DNA from: Phycisphaerae bacterium
Lineage (GTDB): Bacteria; Planctomycetota; Phycisphaerae; UBA1845
Length of the DNA stretch: 64,000 bases
Direction of reading: 5' to 3'
Assembly: GCA_029260235.1 (NCBI GenBank)
Contig: JAJDDP010000015.1
Span: 93,315-157,314, forward strand
Each line of letters starts with the position of its first letter. Within the stretch, counting starts at the first letter, position 1. Both the position numbers and the translations under genes were made by a program. Positions 1 through 8,884 of this stretch are shown here, in pieces. Below the pieces are notes generated by a model that saw nothing but the letters and a program-made list of their open reading frames with translations, did not search any database and was not told the origin of the DNA.

Positions 1-137
1 AGCATAAACGGCATAGCAGCAGCCATGCAGAGTACAGGGTAGCTGCGACCGTCAATGCCTCGCCAAGAGGCCTACCTCTTTGGCGCGGATCCTTGCAAAG
101 AATCTCGGCGGGGGCAGTCGCTCGAACATACGGCGAC

Positions 138-1373
138 TTACTGAGGTGTCAGCTCACTGGTGAGTTCAGCTTGCTCGTCCTGATCGTACATGGGCGTGCT
201 TGGGGTGGCTAGGTTCTGGTCGATACTGTCGGCTAGCGACCGGTGCTGCTGGGCCAAGACCGTCTCGCCGGCGCCCGACAGCACTTGGGCCAAGAGGCGG
301 TGTGCTAGGGCATCTTGGGGGGCGATGTTTATCAGGCGATCCAGGGAGGATCGGGCTGACTCTGGATCGTTTTGTTTCCAATGGCAGTAGGCTTGGATGA
401 GATGTGCCTCAGCCCGGTTGGGGTCGATGCGGACTACCGTTTTGGCGCTGTGAATAGCCGCAGCTGTGATGTCCATGGCCAACAATGCCCTCGACTTTAT
501 CAGCCAAACTTCGGAGTCTTCGGGGTGATTGGCCAGCCAGTCGCCGCAGGCTATCAAGGCGGCATCGAAGCGCTCCACCTCAACCAACGAAGCTGTCAAA
601 GCCCGCACTGCGGCTGCGCTCGCTTTGGATCCTTGGCCTGCTACCAGCGGATCGAGCACGGAAACCGCCTCAGCGTATCGGCCTTTTTGAAACAACAACT
701 GTCCGAACTCCTCGACCACCTGCGGATCGTTCTCCAACAGCGGGAGAGCTTGCCGGTAGGAAACGAGAGCGATGTGGTCATCCCCAAGCAGCATGGAAAT
801 CTCAGCCAAGAGGATGTCCAAGGTGCCATCGCGGTCGAAGCGGTCCATATTCTCCAGGACCAGTTGGCGCGCTTCGTCGGGTTGGCTAACCATCACCAGC
901 GTCTCTGCATAGGCAACCATATAGTCGAGCTGGGCAGGATCAGCATGGCATGCCCGCCGATACCATTCGACGGCGGACTCAGCATCCCCAGCCCGCTCTG
1001 CAAGCATACCAGCTGCGTAGCTCAGATCAGCCGAATCCAGCTGCTTGTTTTGGGCGGCTTCAAGAACGCGATCCGCTGCCCCCAGGTTGCCCTGTTCGAG
1101 CAACGATTTGATCAACAGCACATAATTCTCGGCTGCGGTGGGGTCTAGGCCGATGGCTTCCTCCGCCGTAGTGGCGGCGGCCTCTGCTTGACCGGCTTCA
1201 AATTGCTGGATGGCCAATTTGTACTTGATCTGGGACCGCACATGATTCCAGTTCTGCTCTGCCTGTATCTTGTGCTCTTTGTGTGACGGGGTTTGGCACC
1301 CAGCGAGCAGCAGGACCGTCAACACTGCCGACAACGGCAGTTGAACAAGATTTAGCCGCTGGTTCTGGGTCAC
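138..1373 (-). CDS. TPR-repeat lipoprotein, last gene of the secretin operon (a PilF/PilW-like accessory role is possible)
   Basis: 411-aa ORF. The N-terminal signal carries a lipobox (LLLAGC), and the rest is helical TPR-like repeats. Its ATG overlaps the stop of the upstream secretin gene (ATGA, 1370-1373), which suggests translational coupling. Confidence 0.7.
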   Translation of the reverse strand: MTQNQRLNLVQLPLSAVLTVLLLAGCQTPSHKEHKIQAEQNWNHVRSQIKYKLAIQQFEAGQAEAAATTAEEAIGLDPTAAENYVLLIKSLLEQGNLGAADRVLEAAQNKQLDSADLSYAAGMLAERAGDAESAVEWYRRACHADPAQLDYMVAYAETLVMVSQPDEARQLVLENMDRFDRDGTLDILLAEISMLLGDDHIALVSYRQALPLLENDPQVVEEFGQLLFQKGRYAEAVSVLDPLVAGQGSKASAAAVRALTASLVEVERFDAALIACGDWLANHPEDSEVWLIKSRALLAMDITAAAIHSAKTVVRIDPNRAEAHLIQAYCHWKQNDPESARSSLDRLINIAPQDALAHRLLAQVLSGAGETVLAQQHRSLADSIDQNLATPSTPMYDQDEQAELTSELTPQ

Positions 1374-3328
1374 GATGCAGGCTCCGCGTTTTCAGGCGCC
1401 GAATCCCCGTCTTGGGGGGGTGGGCTGGGACGGTCAAAGCGGCTGGGTCGCTGCCCTGGGGCGATTTGTTGGCGAATGACCCGCCAAGTGAAGGCATCAG
1501 TCACGCTCCCGGGGTCATCCCACTCCCTCTTTTGCAGAATTTCTTCTCGAAGTTGGATAGCGGGCAACAGCCTCGGGTTGTTGTGCAAAGACATCCTAAG
1601 ATCCCACAACGCCCTACGCGTTCTGCCCTCGGAATAATGTTCAATCGCCTCTCGATAATGAGACTGGGAGAGTCGCTCACGTCCGTGCCACATCATGCCT
1701 TGCCGCAGACCAACGCGAGCACGCTGCATGTTCTCCATTTGCTCTTCGCTCTCTTGGGCGTAGGCATCTTCATCCTTCACCAGATGTACGGTTAAGAGGA
1801 TGATGACTTCTTCCCATTGGGTGATGTCGCTTCTGGACCGAAAGAGATCCCCCACCCATGGCAGATCACCCATCAGGGGGATTTGCCCCCGGGAGTTGTT
1901 GGTCACTTCACGAAACAGCCCGCCGATGAGGATGGTTTGCCCGTCACGGCACTGAACGTTGGTGGTTACTTCTGTCGTGGTTTCAAAGGGCAAGTTGGCT
2001 GCTGTCAGCCCGCCGATGCTATCCTCGGGGTGGAGCTCCATGCGAACCACACCGTTCTTGCCGATGAATGGTCTAAAGATAAGCTGCGTCCCAGTCTCGA
2101 GAAATTCGACCGTCTGAATCGCTTGGGTTTCGGTCACCGTGGTGGTGAGGTATCCATCTCGACGGCCTACGATAACCTGCCCTTTCTGCTTGTTGAGGCA
2201 GAGGATCTTGGGGTTGGCCAAGAGGGTGGTGTCTGTGACCTGTTCGAGGGCCCGCAAGAACACGCCGACGTGGTCCTTGATGACGCCAAAAGTAACCCCG
2301 CCGTTGGGCACTGAATCTGCGAAATCGGTTGTAAGCACAGAGTTGAACTCTTCAAATCGATCCGTGGGCAAAGCGCCCGTTTGCACACTGGTGATGCCCA
2401 TCGATGTAGAACCCAACATCTCCAGATCGACGCCGCCAAGCAATGTGAAATCGATGCCCAGAGCATTGTTGTCGTTGAGTGTGGCTCGAAAGATGGTAGC
2501 TTCGACGAGCACCTGTTGAGGTTTGATGTCCAATAAGTTAATGGTCTTCTCGATTTGGTCGAGGCGCTCGGGGAAATCGCGAACCACCAGATAATCATGC
2601 GTTGCCGAGGCATTTCCACCGGCGCTGTCAGCCCCGGGGGCGATACCCAACTCCGAGGCCGGGGATACCACCACGGTTCCCGCTTCGCTGAGCAGCGGCT
2701 CGATGGCCGCCGACGCTTGTTCAGACGTGATGTAGTACAAGCGGATGATGCGCAATTGCGGCGGGCTAGACTCATCGACCATCCGGGCCAACTCTTCGTT
2801 GGTGTAGACGTAAATGAAATTGCCCCGCAGGCGGTAGCCGCACTGGTTCGACACCAGGATAGCTTCCAAGGCTTCTTCAAAGGAAACGTCATACAAGTCC
2901 GCTGTGACCGATCCGGTGACCGCCGGCGTAGCGATGATGTTTCGGCGCCCCTCAAGTGACAGCAGGCGAAGCACCGTCCCTAGCGACTTATTGACTACAT
3001 GCAGCTCTACACTGCCGTGCTTCGAGACGTTGACTTGGTGGTCTTCAGCTTGCTCGTGCCGCGGCTCAGCTTGGTCAGCCGGCTTAGCCTGTCGGTCAAC
3101 GACCTTCGTCTGCTCGCCGAGCATCAGCGACGCTGCTTCTGGTTCCACTTGCCGTGGTGGCGTCTGTTGGCGTTGATCAGTAGCGGTCGCTGGCTTCGCG
3201 GCCGAGGCACTCGCAGCAGCGGGGGGGACAGCCTCCTCGCTAGGGAGCGCATCGGCCAGGGTCTGCGGTCCAGCCCAATGAGCTGCCGCTGCCAGAATGA
3301 CCATGGTTACGATTGACTTGGCATCCAT
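1370..3328 (-). CDS. Secretin (type II secretion / type IV pilus GspD/PilQ family) with a C-terminal helical extension
   Basis: 652-aa ORF with a signal peptide. It has the canonical secretin C-domain block (LANPKILCLNKQKGQVIVG ... RDGQTILIGGLF ... GQIPLMGDLPWVGDLFRSRSD ... VIILLTVHLV). An N-terminal NolW-like segment (VSFEEALEAIL ... YVYT) is also present. Confidence 0.85.
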   Translation of the reverse strand: MDAKSIVTMVILAAAAHWAGPQTLADALPSEEAVPPAAASASAAKPATATDQRQQTPPRQVEPEAASLMLGEQTKVVDRQAKPADQAEPRHEQAEDHQVNVSKHGSVELHVVNKSLGTVLRLLSLEGRRNIIATPAVTGSVTADLYDVSFEEALEAILVSNQCGYRLRGNFIYVYTNEELARMVDESSPPQLRIIRLYYITSEQASAAIEPLLSEAGTVVVSPASELGIAPGADSAGGNASATHDYLVVRDFPERLDQIEKTINLLDIKPQQVLVEATIFRATLNDNNALGIDFTLLGGVDLEMLGSTSMGITSVQTGALPTDRFEEFNSVLTTDFADSVPNGGVTFGVIKDHVGVFLRALEQVTDTTLLANPKILCLNKQKGQVIVGRRDGYLTTTVTETQAIQTVEFLETGTQLIFRPFIGKNGVVRMELHPEDSIGGLTAANLPFETTTEVTTNVQCRDGQTILIGGLFREVTNNSRGQIPLMGDLPWVGDLFRSRSDITQWEEVIILLTVHLVKDEDAYAQESEEQMENMQRARVGLRQGMMWHGRERLSQSHYREAIEHYSEGRTRRALWDLRMSLHNNPRLLPAIQLREEILQKREWDDPGSVTDAFTWRVIRQQIAPGQRPSRFDRPSPPPQDGDSAPENAEPAS

Positions 3329-3336
3329 ATTTTGTT

Positions 3337-3642
3337 CTACCGACGCGCGGGCTTGGAACGCTTGGGCCTAGCCTCGTCGCCGTTGTTATCGGCACCCATG
3401 ACCCGCACATTGAGTGTGCCGTTGTCAAGACGGTCGATAATCTGATCAAGCAGGTGGTTGGTCTTCTGGGCTACAGCGAGAATTTCGTTGCGCTGGTCAC
3501 CAGCATTGGGAATCTGGGCATCGGCCTGAGGAGTCAGCTCGATGGGACCGACCCAGACCCGCACGCACGTGATGATTACAAAAAACAACAGCGCGCCTTC
3601 CATCCACCTTCGGGCAAAACCTTGGGAAGTTGAATCTTGCAT
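3337..3642 (-). CDS. Small single-pass membrane protein of the pilin/secretin operon (function unknown)
   Basis: I prefer the internal ATG at 3642 (MQDSTSQGFARRWMEGALLFFVIITCVRVWVG...). It has GGAG 8 nt upstream and avoids overlap with the pilin gene, unlike the 3789 start in the ORF track. The protein has one TM helix followed by a short helical segment. Confidence 0.5.
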   Translation of the reverse strand: MQDSTSQGFARRWMEGALLFFVIITCVRVWVGPIELTPQADAQIPNAGDQRNEILAVAQKTNHLLDQIIDRLDNGTLNVRVMGADNNGDEARPKRSKPARR

Positions 3643-3697
3643 GATCGGGTCTCCAATCTTGTTGCCCCCGCCTTCTAAGGGCATGGCTTGCTTTTCA

Positions 3698-4153
3698 CTA
3701 CATTGCCGCGTGTTCGGGAGAATTGTGCGCCTGAAATTGGCCTGTCTGCTCATCGAAAAACCAATCGCTTGAGGCAGCCAGCGGTTCATTGACGACGTCG
3801 TTGCTGCCTGTGAAGACGTTGTCGGGTACCACCGATAGATACGGGCCTAGGCAGAATCGGTCAGTTCGAATTGGGCTAACGAGGCCGTCTTTGTCGGTGT
3901 ACAGCGTCATCTGTTCAACAAAGCTCGACCGCGAGGGCCAACTGCCGCCATGCTGCTTCCTGTAGACGGATAACTGGCTACGCACCGTCTGTAGGGCCAC
4001 GGTCAGATCAGACAATCGGGACCGCCCGCGGGATCTCTCACTCGCACTAGACAGCGAAGGAAACGCAATCGCTGCCAAGACCATCAGCAGTGCAACCAGC
4101 ACCAGCCACTCAATCAAGCCAAAGGCCTGCGCTCTTGGGCGCTGGGTATCCAT
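3698..4153 (-). CDS. Prepilin-type pilin / pseudopilin
   Basis: There is a short basic leader and then a class-III signal-like motif (MDTQRPRAQA/FGLIEWLVLVALLMVLAAIAFP) with the conserved Glu at +5. The -1 residue is Ala rather than Gly, so it is a variant. The ATG at 4153 is preferred over the GTG at 4171. It is the first gene of the operon that contains the secretin. Confidence 0.65.
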   Translation of the reverse strand: MDTQRPRAQAFGLIEWLVLVALLMVLAAIAFPSLSSASERSRGRSRLSDLTVALQTVRSQLSVYRKQHGGSWPSRSSFVEQMTLYTDKDGLVSPIRTDRFCLGPYLSVVPDNVFTGSNDVVNEPLAASSDWFFDEQTGQFQAHNSPEHAAM

Positions 4154-4911
4154 GATCGCTGCAATCTCCACCTATGAGCCGCGGGGGAGCCCCAGTTGGG
4201 CCAATTGGGCATCCATGAACAGCCCAATTGAGGTCTTGACGCTACTAATATCGGACACCAAATGCCTCGACTAGAGATGGGCGCCACAAAGCTGGTCCAC
4301 TCTCCGGCGATTATGGATTTCTATTGGCGCTAATTTCGTTGGATACACACGGCCGCCGACCCGCAGGCCGAAATCCCAAACACCACTATGACCCCGTAGT
4401 TCATGCCTAGTGCATGGCTCCAGGCAATCGGCCTCTTGCGCCCAGAGCGCTCTGAGATTGAATTCCAGCGAGGTTTTCTCAAGGCATCGGCCTGCACACT
4501 ATTCAGTTAGGGGCGCCGCGCTACCCAGCCATTTAACCGCTGCATGGAAGGGTCGGCGGGACCGACGGTGATCCCCGCATCTAACCCCCGCTCACCAAGA
4601 GAGGCCGGTAATCCCCGAAGAATCTTGATGAAAATGAAGATTCCTTGGGATCGAACATCCTGTTCGCCCTGATTGAATACCATGAGCTAACACCCACCTA
4701 CTAGCACTAGCAACAGACTTCCTTGGGAAGGATTGCGCCGAAACACGCCGCCGCCCCCGCAGGAGTCGGTCCTGGAGTGCAAAAATCGGGGCTTTGGCGG
4801 GCTTATTTTGCTAAAGCGACACCAAATCCGCTCCGATGATGGCCAAAACGCTAATTCTTCTGGATTCGTGAATCAACCAGAATTCTGAAACTAACCTTAG
4901 GAGATGTATCT

Positions 4912-5361
4912 ATGAGAACCAGTTCAAGACAAAGTTCAACGACCAACAAGCTTAGCACCACCCGCAAGAGCAGCACCGGCAGCTTCCGCGCTAAGAGCAC
5001 GGGCTGTGCTCCTGGCTATTCCTCGGTCTGCAACACCTTCCAGAACAAAGTCCAGGGCTTCCGTACGCTTTGCGAGCAGACCACCGGCTCGTCCAAGGGC
5101 GCGCGTCCTACTCCTGCCACGTTGAAGACTTTTGGCAACTGGATCAACAAGGGCGCCAACGTCTGGAAGGTATCCAGCAGCCAGGTCAACCGCTGGTGCA
5201 AACCGTCCAACAGCATCAAGTCAGCCACCAGCGCTAAATCCGCCCTCTGTAAACGGTTCGGCAAGTCGGCCATTAAGGCTGTTTGCCCGTCGAAGACCGG
5301 TGGCTTCATCGTCGCCGTCGCCCCGACCGTGAAGGGTCGCGCATTCAACTTCCCCAAGTAA
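4912..5361 (+). CDS. Small hyper-basic Ser/Thr/Lys-rich protein, unknown function
   Basis: 149-aa ORF. AGGAG lies 8 nt upstream of the ATG, and third codon positions show a strong G/C bias. The protein has a single Glu, no Asp, many Lys/Arg and six Cys. A strong intrinsic terminator follows about 60 nt downstream, so the gene looks monocistronic. Confidence 0.7.
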   Translation: MRTSSRQSSTTNKLSTTRKSSTGSFRAKSTGCAPGYSSVCNTFQNKVQGFRTLCEQTTGSSKGARPTPATLKTFGNWINKGANVWKVSSSQVNRWCKPSNSIKSATSAKSALCKRFGKSAIKAVCPSKTGGFIVAVAPTVKGRAFNFPK

Positions 5362-5424
5362 ACACCACTACGCTCGCGTAGCGATTCTTCAAGACGCCAC
5401 GACCTTAACGAGCGTATCGAGTTT

Positions 5425-5464
5425 GCGGAGGTATCCCAAAATGGGGATGCCTCCGCTTTTTTTT
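5425..5464 (+). terminator. Rho-independent terminator
   Basis: A roughly 13-bp stem (GCGGAGGTATCCC / GGGATGCCTCCGC) with a 6-nt loop is followed directly by T8 (5457-5464). Confidence 0.8.
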
Positions 5465-5652
5465 GGGGCGCCAGTGCCGGTTCCGAGATCTATGCATGCA
5501 AAATTGGCTTCGCCGGTTGAACCGCAATGGACCCCTAGGTAGACTGGATCCAAGTCTAAGACCATGCGCTGGGCGAGAAGCAGCGTCCGAAGGTCGATCG
5601 ATCTCAGCTAATTAGGTGGTGGGTAAATTTTCACACTCAGGAGGGGCAAGCC

Positions 5653-8600
5653 ATGAGACAAGCCAACGTAACCCGAGGTGCCTGCATAGTGCTGCTAGCC
5701 GGCTTTTTCGCATCGCCAGTCAGGGCGAAGAATGATTTGGCGGCTGGGCATCGAGATCAAGATCCGCGTCCAACCGCACAGCTTGAATCCGTACTACCCC
5801 TGGCCGACGTGTTGGGCATGTCCATGGCTGACCTGGATAGGAAGGCAATCCTCATCGAGGACGTAACCAGGACTGAGCTGGGCTTGGCCCCCCGTTACGC
5901 GGTCCCGGAGGAGACGTTCGTCACGCCCGATAATGACGGCACTTGGGAAGACATCGGCGAGGGGAGGCGCCTGTGGCGCTTTCGCATCACCTCTCCCGAT
6001 GCCATATCGATCAACCTTGGGTTCACCCGGTATCGCATGCCGTCCGACGGCCGCCTGCTCGTCTATTCGGCCGACTTGGGGCAGGTCATCAGACCGTTCA
6101 CGGCCGAGGATAACGCAGCCCATGGAGAATTGTGGACTCCGCCAATCTTGTCCAACGACATCGTCGTCGAAGTAACCATGTCGGCTACGTCATTCTCCGA
6201 GTTGGAGCTGGAATTGACCAGCATCAACCTAGGCTATCGAGGATTCGGTGCAGGCGCCGCCTTGCGTTCCGGCTCGTGCAACGTTGATGTCGTCTGTCCT
6301 GAAGGGGACGGCTGGCGAGACCAGATCAGTTCCGTCGCCGTCATTTCCACCGGCGGCTCCACGTTCTGCACAGGCTTTATGGTCAACAACACCGCCGAAG
6401 ACTTGACGCCGTACTTCATGACGGCCAATCACTGCGGAATCGGCGCCGGCAATGCCGCATCCTTGGTCGTCTTTTGGAATTACGAGAACTCGACTTGCCG
6501 CCCGCCCGGCGGTGGTGCTAGCGGCGGAGCCGGCGACGGCACGCTGAACCAATTTCAGACCGGATCATTCTTCCGGGCCGGTTACAGCCCGTCGGATGTC
6601 ACCTTGGTCGAGCTTGATTCGGACCCCGACCCCGCATGGAACGTGGGCTACTCGGGCTGGGACCGGGGCAACCAGGATGGAACGGCTGGCATTGCCATCC
6701 ATCATCCCAATACCGACGAGAAACGCATCAGTTTTGAGAACGATCCGCTCTCCACCACGACCTACCTGGGCAACACCTCGCCGGGCGATGGCACGCACGT
6801 CCGCGTCTTGGATTGGGATTTGGGGACCACCGAGCCGGGGTCATCGGGCTCACCGTTGTTCGACCAGAATCAGAGGATTGTTGGCCAACTCCATGGAGGG
6901 TTCGCCGCTTGCGGAAACAACGATGCTGACTGGTATGGCCGAGTCAGCGTGTCTTGGACCGGTGGCGGATCAGCTTCGTCCCGATTGAGCGACTGGCTGG
7001 ACCCGCTTGGGAGCGGAGCGACCACAACAGATTTCATCTCGCTCAACACACTCTGTTCGGATGAGGGCACGGTCGAATTGCTAAGCAGTGAATACGCCTG
7101 CGAAGATACCCTGACCGCCCGCGTAATCGACTGTGGGCTGGACTTGGACCCGAACGGCATCGATACCGTGATCATCACCGTAGATTCGACAACCGAGCCA
7201 GCCGGCGAGTCGGTATTGCTGACCGAGACTACCGTCTCATCCGCTAAATTCGAGGGCAGCTTGACGCTCAGCGAAACCAATGCCCCGGGCACGCTTGAAG
7301 TGTCAGCCGGCGACACCATCACCGCCACCTACATCGATGCGGACGACGGGTTAGGCGGCATAAATGTACCTGTCATGGCAGTGGCTTCAACCGATTGCAC
7401 GGCGCCGCAGATTCTCAGCGTGCAGACCTCCAACATCCAAGCAAGGGAGGCGACTGTTCTCTATACAACAGATGAGCCTACCTTAGGGACGGTTCGATTC
7501 GGGTTTAGCTGTGGCGCACTTAGCCAGAGCGCAACCGGGACCAACTTCGCCGCCTCCGGCTCGGTTCTGATGGAGAACCTGCAAGACTTGACCACCTATT
7601 TCTATGCCTTCGATGCAGAGGACGCAGCTGGCAATATCACCACCGATGACAACGGCGGCGCTTGCTACAGTTTCACCACGCTTGATGTGCCGGACTTCTT
7701 CACCGAAGAATTTATCACCGACAACGACCTGGACAACACGAAGCTGACCTTTTCGCCGAACGGCTCGGGCGACTTCTACAGCGCCTGCGCCGAATCGATC
7801 ACGGCTCTGCCCACCGATCCTACCGGCGGCACAGCACTAGCTTTGGGTGATGATGCGTCGATACTGGTGTCCCCGGCCACAATACAAACGGTGTCGCTCT
7901 ACGGATCAAACTACGCGAGCTTCTTTGTCGGCAGCAACGGCTACATCACCTTCATCTCCGGAGATTCTGACTACACCGAATCCCTCGACGAACACTTTGC
8001 CTCACCACGAATTTCTGTGCTCTATGACGATCTCTCCCCGAACCAGAGCGGTACGGTGAGTTGGAAACTGCTGGCTGACCGCATAGCCGTCACCTGGAGC
8101 GGCGTCACCGAGTACAACGCGGGCAACAGCAACACCTTGCAGGTAGAAATGTACTTCAACGGCGACATTACCTTGAGCTATCTTGAGGTGGCTGCTACCG
8201 ATGGTATCGCCGGCCTGTCTGGGGGCGGCGGCACAGACCCCGCGTTCCTGGAGAACAACCTGTCCAACCTGGGTAGTTGCGCAGCCGGCACGATTACCGC
8301 TGCCCGCAGCTGCCTCGACCACAGTGGGGCCGGAACCTTCTGCTTCGACCTGTTGGCCAATGATCTCGAAGTGCGCAGCCCTGGGGCTTTGAGTATCGAA
8401 TTCGATGTCAGCGATCCAGCCTCATCGGTGTCAGCATCGGTAAGCTGCGTGAATGTGAGCTACGCCGGCGTCGCCTCGGTGACGGCTGCAGGCGTACTGG
8501 TCACCGTGGATCTCTCAGAGGCACTACCGGACCAAGACTGTTGCACGATTAGCCTCACCGGCGACATCGAGGGAAGTGTAACTGTGCGGACCCTGAGCGG

Positions 8601-8781
8601 CGACATCGACCGCAACGGAATCGTCTCGACCGGCGATGCATCCATCATCAAGCCAAACTTCGGGGCAACACTGGATGCAACCAACTTTGTCCACGATTAT
8701 GACGCCAACGGCGTGATCAGCACGGGAGACGCTTCCACGGTCAAGCCGAACTTCGGCAACACAGGCCCTGATTGCCCCTAG
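5653..8781 (+). CDS. Secreted multidomain trypsin-fold (S1, lysyl-endopeptidase-like) serine protease with an FN3-like domain and a C-terminal EF-hand/dockerin-like module
   Basis: AGGAGG RBS and a signal peptide (…FFASPVRA/KN). Catalytic His context is TANHCGI and catalytic Ser context is TEPGSSGSPLF, within roughly 6265-7017. An FN3-like block follows (APQILSVQTSNIQAREATVLYTTDEPTLGTVRFG…). The C-terminus carries two EF-hand loops (DIDRNGIVSTGD, DYDANGVISTGD). Confidence 0.85.
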   Translation: MRQANVTRGACIVLLAGFFASPVRAKNDLAAGHRDQDPRPTAQLESVLPLADVLGMSMADLDRKAILIEDVTRTELGLAPRYAVPEETFVTPDNDGTWEDIGEGRRLWRFRITSPDAISINLGFTRYRMPSDGRLLVYSADLGQVIRPFTAEDNAAHGELWTPPILSNDIVVEVTMSATSFSELELELTSINLGYRGFGAGAALRSGSCNVDVVCPEGDGWRDQISSVAVISTGGSTFCTGFMVNNTAEDLTPYFMTANHCGIGAGNAASLVVFWNYENSTCRPPGGGASGGAGDGTLNQFQTGSFFRAGYSPSDVTLVELDSDPDPAWNVGYSGWDRGNQDGTAGIAIHHPNTDEKRISFENDPLSTTTYLGNTSPGDGTHVRVLDWDLGTTEPGSSGSPLFDQNQRIVGQLHGGFAACGNNDADWYGRVSVSWTGGGSASSRLSDWLDPLGSGATTTDFISLNTLCSDEGTVELLSSEYACEDTLTARVIDCGLDLDPNGIDTVIITVDSTTEPAGESVLLTETTVSSAKFEGSLTLSETNAPGTLEVSAGDTITATYIDADDGLGGINVPVMAVASTDCTAPQILSVQTSNIQAREATVLYTTDEPTLGTVRFGFSCGALSQSATGTNFAASGSVLMENLQDLTTYFYAFDAEDAAGNITTDDNGGACYSFTTLDVPDFFTEEFITDNDLDNTKLTFSPNGSGDFYSACAESITALPTDPTGGTALALGDDASILVSPATIQTVSLYGSNYASFFVGSNGYITFISGDSDYTESLDEHFASPRISVLYDDLSPNQSGTVSWKLLADRIAVTWSGVTEYNAGNSNTLQVEMYFNGDITLSYLEVAATDGIAGLSGGGGTDPAFLENNLSNLGSCAAGTITAARSCLDHSGAGTFCFDLLANDLEVRSPGALSIEFDVSDPASSVSASVSCVNVSYAGVASVTAAGVLVTVDLSEALPDQDCCTISLTGDIEGSVTVRTLSGDIDRNGIVSTGDASIIKPNFGATLDATNFVHDYDANGVISTGDASTVKPNFGNTGPDCP
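8299..8778 (+). repeat. Copy A of a ~160-aa C-terminal module that is also present at 29527-30012 on the opposite strand
   Basis: Protein-level match along the whole module. One stretch is nearly identical: VRTLSGDIDRNGIVSTGDASIIKPNFG versus VRTLAGDIDRNGIVSTGDASIIKPHFG. ALPDQDCCTISLTG matches PLPDQDACTITLDTG. Both modules end in P(D/S)CP followed by a stop. Confidence 0.8.
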
Positions 8782-8884
8782 CGGCTGCCTTGCGCGGCGC
8801 TGGTCAAAGCCAACGCGCCACCCCGCTAAGTAACCGCCGCCCGTTGCGTTCGATTGTCGCGCAGCGGGCGGCGTTCTATGATGG

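Noticed and set aside
372-1148. Long antisense or out-of-frame ORFs overlapping confident genes. Examples are 372-1148(+), 2167-2955(-), 9455-10150(-), 16116-16883(+), 50044-50661(-), 52982-53629(-), 54355-55083(+) and 62885-63673(+).
   Set aside because: These are typical shadow ORFs of a G+C-rich genome. They are Arg/Pro/Gly/Ala-rich, have no motifs, and each overlaps a gene with clear family signatures on the other strand or in another frame.
4441-4480. CTGAGA string that resembles the TPP-riboswitch core
   Set aside because: The accompanying ACCTGATCTGGATAATGCCAGCG-type arm is absent and the surrounding pairing does not fit. The downstream gene is also not thiamine-related.
5016-5357. 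113-aa ORF antisense to the small basic protein gene
   Set aside because: The sense ORF has the RBS, the terminator and the third-position bias. The antisense ORF has none of these.
8835-8873. Hairpin CGCCGCCCG…CGGGCGGCG after the protease gene, considered as a terminator
   Set aside because: The loop is 21 nt, only TTCT follows, and it sits about 12 nt before the next start codon. It is too weak to call.
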